This document shows, piece after piece, positions 21,678-31,754 of a DNA stretch of 64,000 nt. Source of the DNA: Thermoanaerobaculia bacterium (GTDB taxonomy: Bacteria > Acidobacteriota > Thermoanaerobaculia > Gp7-AA8); contig DASWOB010000095.1 of NCBI GenBank assembly GCA_036398925.1, positions 22,616 to 86,615 of the forward strand, given 5' to 3'. The notes under the pieces are model-generated. The model saw nothing but the letters and a program-made list of their open reading frames with translations. It was not told the DNA's origin and did no database searches. The position numbers and the translations under genes are program-made. Position 1 is the first letter of the stretch. The number at the start of each line of letters is the position of its first letter.

Positions 21678-23211
21678 CGACCGCCTCGACCTTCTTCTTC
21701 CGCAGCTTCTTCCACTGCAGCCGCACGTTGTCGAGCTCCGCTTTCAACCAGAACTTCACGCCCCGTCCTACCATCTGCAGCGGCGCGAGATTGAGGTTGA
21801 AGTACGCCTTAATGCGGCGGCCGTCGTTGTACTTGCCACCCTCGCCGACGGCGCGGCGCGCCTCCGCGATCGCCTTGAAGCGGCGGTTGTACGTCCGCAT
21901 CATGTGGTAGCTGACGAAGGCCGGCTTCGGCCCGAGCACAGGCATCCAGAAGAACTTCTTCATGAAGCGATACGCCGGGATGACCACGAACATGTAGTAC
22001 TGCGCCGTGTCGATGAGAAACGCGGCGCTCAGGAGATCCGACTCTCCCATGTAGTAGTACTTGTCCTTGTACGCGGCGCGGAAGAAGCGCCAGTAGGAGC
22101 GGACGAAGGTGGTGTTGTGCTCCGCGATCGCCGGCGCCACATCCTTCCCCATCGCGTCCATCTTGACGATCAGCATCGTTGCCTCGGCCGTGAACGAGGC
22201 GTGATCGAGGCCGGGCGAGTAGTACGGATCGAGAAACGCCGCCGCATCGCCCAGCAACGCCCACCCTTTCCCCATGTACTGCTTCGTGGCATAGGCGAGG
22301 TGCGAGTAGAAGCGGAGGTCGTCGAGCCGCGGCTCCGCGCCTTCGAGGATCTCGGCCAGCGAGGGGATGTTCCGGAGGAAGGCGACAAAGTCTTCCGCCC
22401 GGTTCTTGCTGTGATGCAGGTCGACCAGACGCTTGTCGAAGACCACGCCGATGCTGGTCTCGCCGTTGCCGAGGGGGATCACCCAGATCCAGTAGCCGTA
22501 GCCGACGTAGTGATTGGTGCCGAGGCGGCGCGACCCGATGTTACGGGAGGCCAGGTCGCTCTTCGCCGCGATGTCGTCGATGTGGCGGACGTTCTTCCAG
22601 CGGCACCAGATGGCGGCGGTGGGATGCTCGTCGTTCCGCTCGATCAGATTCAGCTTGCGGCCGATGAAGTTCACCCGGCCGCTCGCGTCGAGCAGCCAGC
22701 GGCAGGTGAGCTCGCGCGTCTCGCCGTTCACCTCGACCTTCACCGTATTGTTGAAGTCGGCGAAGGTGACGTCGAGCGCTTTCGCCGGACGCCAGAGCTC
22801 GGCGCCCTCGGCAACAGCGGTCGCGAGCAGATGCTCGTCGAGCGCATCGCGCCTCAGCTGGAAGGACGGAACCGCGCTGCGGAGGAAGCCGCCTGCCTCG
22901 GTGGCGTTCTCGTGGCCCGTCACCTTCGCGTTCGAGAACCAGTAACGGAGCCCCTCTTTCGGGAGGTGCTCGCTCTCCAGGTGCTGCCACATCCTGAGGC
23001 GGCGGGTGAGGAACATCGCCGACATCTCGGTGGTGGCCTCACCGACCTTCTCATCGAAGGCGGTGGCCTTCTCGATGATCAGCACCCGGAGGTCGGGGCA
23101 CTCGCGGCGCAGCAGGATGGCCGTCGAGGCGCCGCTGAAGGCCCCTCCGAGAATGATGACGTCGTACCGGTCGGACATTCGGCCATCCAAACGCATAGGA
23201 CGGCTGTTCAT
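21649..23211 (-). CDS. flavin-dependent halogenase (tryptophan-halogenase family, PF04820-like)
   Basis: N-terminal FAD GxGxxG (ILGGAFSG). KVGEATTE (GxGEAT-like). Diagnostic WxWxIP (GYWIWVIPLGNG) and C-terminal FxxPxxSxG (FLDPYYSPG). Confidence 0.75.
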   Translation of the reverse strand: MNSRPMRLDGRMSDRYDVIILGGAFSGASTAILLRRECPDLRVLIIEKATAFDEKVGEATTEMSAMFLTRRLRMWQHLESEHLPKEGLRYWFSNAKVTGHENATEAGGFLRSAVPSFQLRRDALDEHLLATAVAEGAELWRPAKALDVTFADFNNTVKVEVNGETRELTCRWLLDASGRVNFIGRKLNLIERNDEHPTAAIWCRWKNVRHIDDIAAKSDLASRNIGSRRLGTNHYVGYGYWIWVIPLGNGETSIGVVFDKRLVDLHHSKNRAEDFVAFLRNIPSLAEILEGAEPRLDDLRFYSHLAYATKQYMGKGWALLGDAAAFLDPYYSPGLDHASFTAEATMLIVKMDAMGKDVAPAIAEHNTTFVRSYWRFFRAAYKDKYYYMGESDLLSAAFLIDTAQYYMFVVIPAYRFMKKFFWMPVLGPKPAFVSYHMMRTYNRRFKAIAEARRAVGEGGKYNDGRRIKAYFNLNLAPLQMVGRGVKFWLKAELDNVRLQWKKLRKKKVEAVATASPAPRA

Positions 23212-23212
23212 T

Positions 23213-23920
23213 TCAGAAGATCTTTTCGATCGCCTTCTGGATCGCGACGGCGCCGCCGCCGATCAGAATGCCGAAATACACCAGCGTGGCGACGTTCATC
23301 AGGTGCCCGAGCAGGATGCAGACGCCGTCGCGCTGCATCATGCCGATGGCAAAGAAGAGGATGGCCACGGCCGGCAGCGTATTGCTGAACGGGATGAGGC
23401 CGAACGGCGCCATCAGCAGCACCGCGCCGAGGATGAGCGCGGAGTTGTTGACCACGCTCATGAACCGGCCGCTGGTCAGCCCCCGCATGCGCAGCGGACG
23501 GCTGATCCGCTCCAGACGGCGGAACCACTTGAGACCGCGAGCCATCCCGCCGCGCAGCTTCTCGCTCGAGACCGCCCGCCGCTTGAGCCAGTCCGGCAGC
23601 CAGATCGGACGATTGAGGAGACGGCTGAACGACAGCAGGAGAATCGCCCCGCCGAAGACCGTGCTGACGCCGGGGATCGAAACCGGGACCAGGAAAATGA
23701 TGGTGAGGAAGGCGGTCAGCAGCATGATGCCCTCGCGTCCGACGAGATCGCGGATCTCGACGAGCGTCACCCCTTCCGGCGGGAGGCGCTCGATCGCCGC
23801 CATCAGCTTTTCGGCGATCGGCTCGCCATCATCGTCCATCGTCACGCTCATCCGTTCACCTCGAAGCGGCGCATCTTGCGCGAATGGGGCCAGCGAGGCA
23901 ACCCTCATTACGGCAGGCAC
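23213..23920 (-). CDS. ExoD-family membrane protein (exopolysaccharide synthesis ExoD-like)
   Basis: Polytopic membrane protein whose sequence profile matches the ExoD family (FLTIIFLVPVSIPG..., LPAVAILFFAIGMMQRDG). An alternative start lies at MSVTMDDD (23851). Its stop abuts the halogenase start. Confidence 0.6.
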   Translation of the reverse strand: MPAVMRVASLAPFAQDAPLRGERMSVTMDDDGEPIAEKLMAAIERLPPEGVTLVEIRDLVGREGIMLLTAFLTIIFLVPVSIPGVSTVFGGAILLLSFSRLLNRPIWLPDWLKRRAVSSEKLRGGMARGLKWFRRLERISRPLRMRGLTSGRFMSVVNNSALILGAVLLMAPFGLIPFSNTLPAVAILFFAIGMMQRDGVCILLGHLMNVATLVYFGILIGGGAVAIQKAIEKIF

Positions 23921-23944
23921 GAAGACATCGAGGAGAACAAGCCG

Positions 23945-25318
23945 TTACCTGGCAAAGCGGAGCGTGGCCCGGTGCGTCCCCTCGCTCACGTCGAGGACCA
24001 CCGGCGCCGCGACGTCGACCGACGACGCGAGCAGCGCCTCCGCCTGCGCGTCGTTGGCGTACGGCCAGAACTCGTATCGGCCTTTGGGCAGGTTGCGCAG
24101 CACGAGTCGCCCGTCGTCGTCGGTGTTCAGCACCAGCCCGGCCCGGCGTGCGAGCTTGACCACCTCGGGCGGGATGATCTCGCCGTCGTAGCGCATCAGC
24201 AGCCAGAGGTGCGGTACCGGTTCGTTCTTCGTCGTCAGCGTGGAGACTTCCACCCTCGAGGTGGCTGCCGGCAGCGCGATGCGCATCGCACTCGCCTCGC
24301 AAACGCGCAGCACGCCGAGAGAACCGCGCGGCGAGAAGACGTAGATCGCGCTGCGGCCGCTCGCCGGAACCGGCAGCGTGATGCGGCCCAGTCCGTCGGT
24401 GAAGCCGTTCGAATGAACGACCGAGCCGGTGGCACAGACGACGACCGCTTTCGTTGCGGGCGCGCCGGTGGAGTCGACGACTGTGATGGTGCGTCTCGCG
24501 CCGCGTTGCATGGTGATCGTTCGCTGCTCGTCGGCACGCTCACCGAGCCTCAACTCTTCGCGCGCGCTCACGAGGAAATCGTCCGCGGCGACACGCAGGG
24601 TGTGCACGCCGGCGGCAACGCCGCGGAAGGAGAACGATCCATCGGCGCCGCTCCGTCCGGTGAGGAGGCGCGAGGCGCGCTCGTCGCTGCGACGCAACGT
24701 AACCTTCGCGCCAGCGATCGGTTTCCCTTCCTCATCGACGACCTTTCCACGCACGGTGCGCATCGGGATCGCGAACGTCCAGTTCATCGCATCGCCCCGG
24801 AGCGACGCCTGCGTCGAGACCAGCCCTTGCAGACCGCCACCGTACAACTCGACCTGAACGTCGCCTTCCTGCCAGTAGGTCGCGGCGAACGTTCCTCTCG
24901 CATCGGTCGCCACCTCGGCGTCCCACAGGTCGTCATTGCGCACGAAGCGCACCTTCGCATTCGCGAGCGGCACGCCATCATCGGTGATCGCACCGCGAAG
25001 CGTCTTACCGTGCAGCGGGATGGTCATCGCCGAGAGGCCGTCACCGATGCGCATCTGCGCCGCGGCGCGTTCGAGCGGACCGGCTCCGCGCACCTGAATG
25101 GCGATGATGCCTGGCGCGAGATCGCCGATCGCCAACGTGCTGCCGTTCGGCGGCATGCGATGGATGGCGGTCCAACGCATCCCTTCCTCATGATCGCCGC
25201 GAACGCCGACGTGCACTTCCAGCGGTCCACGCATCTCGCCGCGGTCGATCGTCAGTTGCAGCGTGGCCGCGCGCGCGTCGAACGCGGCCAGGAGGATGAG
25301 AGCAAAGAGGGTGCGCAT
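23945..25318 (-). CDS. large secreted protein with repeated CarboxypepD_reg-like domains (paralogue of 581-2770 module)
   Basis: Start at MRTLFALILLAAFDARA (signal peptide). Repeats VRGKVVDEEGKPIAGAKVTL and ...SGADGSFSFRGVAAGVHTL. Directly downstream of the small Cys-rich gene. Confidence 0.75.
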   Translation of the reverse strand: MRTLFALILLAAFDARAATLQLTIDRGEMRGPLEVHVGVRGDHEEGMRWTAIHRMPPNGSTLAIGDLAPGIIAIQVRGAGPLERAAAQMRIGDGLSAMTIPLHGKTLRGAITDDGVPLANAKVRFVRNDDLWDAEVATDARGTFAATYWQEGDVQVELYGGGLQGLVSTQASLRGDAMNWTFAIPMRTVRGKVVDEEGKPIAGAKVTLRRSDERASRLLTGRSGADGSFSFRGVAAGVHTLRVAADDFLVSAREELRLGERADEQRTITMQRGARRTITVVDSTGAPATKAVVVCATGSVVHSNGFTDGLGRITLPVPASGRSAIYVFSPRGSLGVLRVCEASAMRIALPAATSRVEVSTLTTKNEPVPHLWLLMRYDGEIIPPEVVKLARRAGLVLNTDDDGRLVLRNLPKGRYEFWPYANDAQAEALLASSVDVAAPVVLDVSEGTHRATLRFAR

Positions 25319-25426
25319 GAGGATCTCCTTCGAAATCTGCTTTGAATGCGACGGACGCGAGCCTCTCCCGGCGTGACGAGAGAGGCTCGCGCTCCACAAC
25401 CGGAGCGTGCGGGAGCGAGCGTTGGG

Positions 25427-25738
25427 TTATCGCGCTTCGGCGAAAGCAGTCTTCGTTTCGACCGGCTTCGCGTTGACGGTGAGCGCTTCGTGCGAGGTCT
25501 CGACGGAGACCAGCATCAGCGTACCGGCGCCCTGTTCCTCGGCGGCCGACGGGAAACAGGTGGCATTCGCGACACGACACTCCCAGGTGTCGGGCGAGGT
25601 GAACACCGTCCGGCAACCGCCCGGACCTTCATCCGGGATGCACTCGCTGAGGTAGTCGTCGCAGTAGCCGCAGATCGCAAATGCGGGGGCGCTGAGAGCG
25701 AGGGTGAACATGACCACGAGGAGAAGCCTGAGTTTCAT
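25427..25738 (-). CDS. small secreted cysteine-rich protein (103 aa; signal peptide then ICGYC..., 6 Cys + Ala/Glu/Thr-rich tail)
   Basis: MKLRLLLVVMFTLALSAPAFA / ICGYCDDYLSECIPDEGPGGCRTVF... A GGAAGG Shine-Dalgarno lies upstream of the ATG at 25738. It sits inside a longer spurious ORF in the track. Same signal-peptide-then-CxYC architecture as 2773-3060. Confidence 0.6.
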   Translation of the reverse strand: MKLRLLLVVMFTLALSAPAFAICGYCDDYLSECIPDEGPGGCRTVFTSPDTWECRVANATCFPSAAEEQGAGTLMLVSVETSHEALTVNAKPVETKTAFAEAR

Positions 25739-25842
25739 CGAGAACCTTCCTTTCGGTGTGTCTCCGGATGCGGAATTCGATTGGTCCGCACCTGTATACC
25801 GGCAGAAAACGAAGGTCGATAGAGACGTTTTCTGATGCGAGT

Positions 25843-26412
25843 TCAGGAGGCTTGCTGCGCGGTCGCGCGCAGCTTGGCCACGGTCTGCTCGGCCTGCCAC
25901 AGATGCCGCCGCTGATGGGCGGCGATGATCCGGAAGGCGGAGTAGAGGTTGTATTTCACCCGCTTGTCGAAGGGGGAGACGATGCGGATGCGGCCGAGGT
26001 CGAGACCGCGCGCCGCGCGCACCAGTTCGAGGAGCCGGTTCTGCAGCGCGGTGAACTCCGCGAACGACTCCGACTTGGCGCGCACCGCTTTCGGCACGAA
26101 CGGCGCGCTCGTCTTCACCCGCTGGCGGATGGGCGGCTCGAGGAACCAGCGCAGGATCCGTCCGAGGATGTCCATGGACGGCTTCTTCTCCGAGAGCAGC
26201 TTGCGCGTGCGGGCGTCGTCGAGCGTCGGCTGCAGCACCGGCAGGAACATCTCGGTCGAGAGATTCAGGTGCGCGATGCACTCGGAGGCTGACCAGCTCG
26301 AGGGGTCCGGCCGCACCGTGAAGAGACGGCCGTCGGTGGTGTCGATGAGGCGCCGCGCCTGCTCGGTGGCGGCGGTCAGTTCGGCTTCGATCTCGTCCAG
26401 CGCGTCAGGCAT
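25843..26412 (-). CDS. DinB/YfiT-like (DinB_2 superfamily) four-helix metal-dependent protein
   Basis: Conserved His residues in ...CIAHLNLSTEM... and ...IIAAHQRRHLWQAEQ... 189 aa. Confidence 0.5.
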   Translation of the reverse strand: MPDALDEIEAELTAATEQARRLIDTTDGRLFTVRPDPSSWSASECIAHLNLSTEMFLPVLQPTLDDARTRKLLSEKKPSMDILGRILRWFLEPPIRQRVKTSAPFVPKAVRAKSESFAEFTALQNRLLELVRAARGLDLGRIRIVSPFDKRVKYNLYSAFRIIAAHQRRHLWQAEQTVAKLRATAQQAS

Positions 26413-26417
26413 TCGCG

Positions 26418-27251
26418 CTACTCCTTTTTCAGCAATGCGTCGCCGAGCTCGCGGGAGCGGCGTGTCGCGGCCTCGACGGCGTTCATCAGCGTCGTCCGTA
26501 CCCCGCCGTTCTCCAGCGTGTGCAGCCCGGTAATGGCCGTTCCGCCGGGTGACGTGACCATGTCCTTCAGCCGCCCCGGATGCTCGTTCGTCTCGAGCAG
26601 CAGTTTCGCCGATCCGAGCAGCGTCTGCGCCGCGAGCAGCTGCGAGGTCCGTCGCGACAGCCCGACTTTCACCCCGGCGTCGCTGAGCGCTTCCAGGATC
26701 AGAAACACATACGCCGGCCCGCTGCCCGAAAGCCCCGTCACCGCATCGAGCTGCGACTCTTCGAGGATCACCGTCAGCCCCACCGCGTCGAAGATCCGTT
26801 TCGCGTCCTCGAGGTCCGACTCGCGCGCGTGCTCGCCGCCCGCAATGGCCGTCGCCGCCGCATCGACGAGCGCCGGCGTGTTCGGCATGGCCCGCACCAC
26901 CCGCGTTCCGCTCTTGAGCCGCGCCTGAATCGCGCCGACCGGCACACCCGCCGCGATCGAGATGACCAGCGCATCCGGACTGATCGTATCAGCCACTTCA
27001 TCGAGCGCCCGCCGCAGGATCTGCGGCTTGACCGACAGCATGACGATGTCCGCACTCGCCGGAACCTTGTTGTCGGTGGTGGCGTTGATCCCGTACGCCT
27101 CACGCAGCTCGCGCATGCGCTCCTCGCGCGGGCCGGACGCCGAGATCTGCTCCGGCGCAAACGTCCCGCGCAGAAGACCGCGGATCATCGCCTCAGCCAT
27201 GTTGCCGGCGCCGAGGAAGCCGATGGATTTCGTGATGGGGGTGGTGGACAT
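26418..27251 (-). CDS. proC: pyrroline-5-carboxylate reductase
   Basis: N-terminal Rossmann motif IGFLGAGNMAEAMIRGL. P5CR C-terminal dimerisation region (...PGGTAITGLHTLENGG...). Confidence 0.9.
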   Translation of the reverse strand: MSTTPITKSIGFLGAGNMAEAMIRGLLRGTFAPEQISASGPREERMRELREAYGINATTDNKVPASADIVMLSVKPQILRRALDEVADTISPDALVISIAAGVPVGAIQARLKSGTRVVRAMPNTPALVDAAATAIAGGEHARESDLEDAKRIFDAVGLTVILEESQLDAVTGLSGSGPAYVFLILEALSDAGVKVGLSRRTSQLLAAQTLLGSAKLLLETNEHPGRLKDMVTSPGGTAITGLHTLENGGVRTTLMNAVEAATRRSRELGDALLKKE

Positions 27252-27281
27252 CGCGGTGAGTTTAGTGCGCCCGGCGCCGTG

Positions 27282-27629
27282 TCACGGGACCCGCTCGAGA
27301 TAGTGACTCAAAAACGACTCGAGCTTCGGCAACTCGTTCGCGACGACGTTCCACACTCTTTCGAGATCGATTCGTCCGTAATCGTGCACCAGCACGTGCC
27401 GCATCCCAGTCATGGCCGACCAGTCGAACTGAGGCAGTTCCGCCCGTGCCGCTTCCGACAAACGCCCCGCCGCTTCACCGATCACCATCAGGCAGCGAAT
27501 CACAGCGTCCTGCTTCGAAAGATCACCGATGAACGCGTCGTACGACACCCCACCGGCGTGCGACCGCGCGCGAACGGCGAAGTGCAGCACATCCGCGAGG
27601 AGTCCCAGGTCACGCTCAGGCAACGTCAA
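27282..27629 (-). CDS. hepT: HepT-like (DUF86) toxin, nucleotidyltransferase-substrate-binding fold
   Basis: Rx4HxY motif present as MRHVLVHDYGRID. 115 aa. It overlaps the upstream MNT gene by 14 nt. Confidence 0.8.
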   Translation of the reverse strand: MTLPERDLGLLADVLHFAVRARSHAGGVSYDAFIGDLSKQDAVIRCLMVIGEAAGRLSEAARAELPQFDWSAMTGMRHVLVHDYGRIDLERVWNVVANELPKLESFLSHYLERVP

Positions 27630-27939
27630 GCAGCACCACCGAGTTCAGGATCGACCGCTTCCGAAAGCGATTCGGACTCTCTTCCACGGCTACCCGCTCC
27701 ACGAGATCAACGGGGCGTCCGAAAATTTCCGCGAGCTCGTCTTGGGCGTGTACGAAATCAAACAACGACCACTTGGCATCTCGCGCGAACGTCACCAGCA
27801 CATCCACATCACTGTCCGCCCGGAACTCCTCAGGGCGCACCACGCTCCCGAAAAGCGCAAACTCCGTGATCTTCCACCGGCGGCAGAAGTCACGGAGCTT
27901 GTCTTTGTCGATCTCGATCGCGATGTTCGCCATCGCCAT
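27616..27939 (-). CDS. mnt: MNT-type nucleotidyltransferase antitoxin
   Basis: GSx10DxD motif FGSVVRPEEFRADSDVDVLV. 107 aa. Paired with HepT. Confidence 0.8.
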   Translation of the reverse strand: MAMANIAIEIDKDKLRDFCRRWKITEFALFGSVVRPEEFRADSDVDVLVTFARDAKWSLFDFVHAQDELAEIFGRPVDLVERVAVEESPNRFRKRSILNSVVLLDVA

Positions 27940-27944
27940 TCAGT

Positions 27945-30716
<2,772 letters not shown>

Positions 30717-30784
30717 GGTTTGTGCAGCCCCCGGTACAAGGGGCAAATGGCCCCTGCAGGGCGCGTAACGGTATCAAAACCGGT

Positions 30785-31618
30785 CTAGTGCCGCAGCATT
30801 TCCAGCCGTTCCAGGGCCAACCAGGTCTGGTGGCCGAGAAAGATCACCAGGGAGAAATAGGCGACGGCGATCGCGGCCCGCTGGCCGCCGGTGACCTCGT
30901 AGAACGATTTGTCCTCGCGCTCCCGGAGGATCGAGGCGTAAACCTGGAAGGCGGCCAGGATGGCGATGAGGATGGTCAGCGGGTTGGGCTGGTCGATCAG
31001 CTTGTAGACCACCGCCGCGCCGCCGAGCAGCCACATCCATTTGGTGATCGCCGCGGAGATCCGTCCGCCGTCGAGCATCCCCAGCGGGACGAGGTTGATC
31101 AGGTTGAGGGCGAAGCCGAGGAAGGCGATCAGCAGCCAGACCGGCTCGCCGTTCCACTTGTAGATCTGCAGCGCCACCAGAGAGGCCAGTGTCCCGGCGA
31201 ACGGCCCCGCCAGCCCGATCAGCGCGTCGTCGAACACGCTGCGCGGCTGGTCTTTGAGCGTGACCGCGCCGCCGATGAAGGGGATGAAGACCATGAAGCC
31301 GGCGCGGAGCCCCTTGGCCCGGATGGCGATGGCGTGACCGATCTCGTGGATGAGGGTAATGACGACAAAGCCGACCACCACCGCCAGGCGGTACTGCGTG
31401 GCGTAGGCGACGATCGTGACCACGAACGAGCCGCCCGCCACCGCGTACTGGATCGTGCCGAATCCTTCGAATGGATTGACCAGCAGCAGCCGCACTTTTT
31501 CGAACGCGAGCAGCAGCACCCCCTTCAGCTTCACGATCGTGAGGCCGAGGAGCAGCACCAGCCCGGAGAGGACTTTCGGAAGCGTGCGGCGCGGAGTTGT
31601 CGGGGGAGAGGACGACAT
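30785..31618 (-). CDS. M50-family (site-2 protease-like) membrane zinc metalloprotease
   Basis: HEIGHAIA (HExxH) within a transmembrane segment, and the LDGG motif (NLVPLGMLDGGRI). 277 aa. Confidence 0.8.
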   Translation of the reverse strand: MSSSPPTTPRRTLPKVLSGLVLLLGLTIVKLKGVLLLAFEKVRLLLVNPFEGFGTIQYAVAGGSFVVTIVAYATQYRLAVVVGFVVITLIHEIGHAIAIRAKGLRAGFMVFIPFIGGAVTLKDQPRSVFDDALIGLAGPFAGTLASLVALQIYKWNGEPVWLLIAFLGFALNLINLVPLGMLDGGRISAAITKWMWLLGGAAVVYKLIDQPNPLTILIAILAAFQVYASILREREDKSFYEVTGGQRAAIAVAYFSLVIFLGHQTWLALERLEMLRH

Positions 31619-31667
31619 GGCGTATGCCGGGTTTTCACAACGTAGAGGCCGTGTTGGTATTCCGAGT

Positions 31668-31748
31668 GATGAGCGATGAGCGATGAGCGATGAACGTCAC
31701 GGATTCGCCACGCTCATCGCTCATCTCTCATCACTCATCGCTTAGCAT
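31668..31748. repeat. family-A heptamer hairpin repeat ((C/A)GATGA(G/A) units, inverted arms) in divergent intergenic region
   Basis: gtgatgagcgatgagcgatgagcgatgaacgt-cacggattcgccacg-ctcatcgctcatctctcatcactcatcgct. Related copies at 37553-37640, 40141-40232, 45229-45312, 56347-56392/56741-56778 (split), and 58096-58206. Confidence 0.75.
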
Positions 31749-31754
31749 TCGCCC

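Noticed and set aside
25427-26281. 284-aa ORF 25427-26281(-)
   Set aside because: Only the C-terminal 103 aa, from MKLRLL with its own SD and signal peptide, look genuine. The upstream part is Arg/Pro/Ala-rich low-complexity sequence overlapping the DinB-like gene region.
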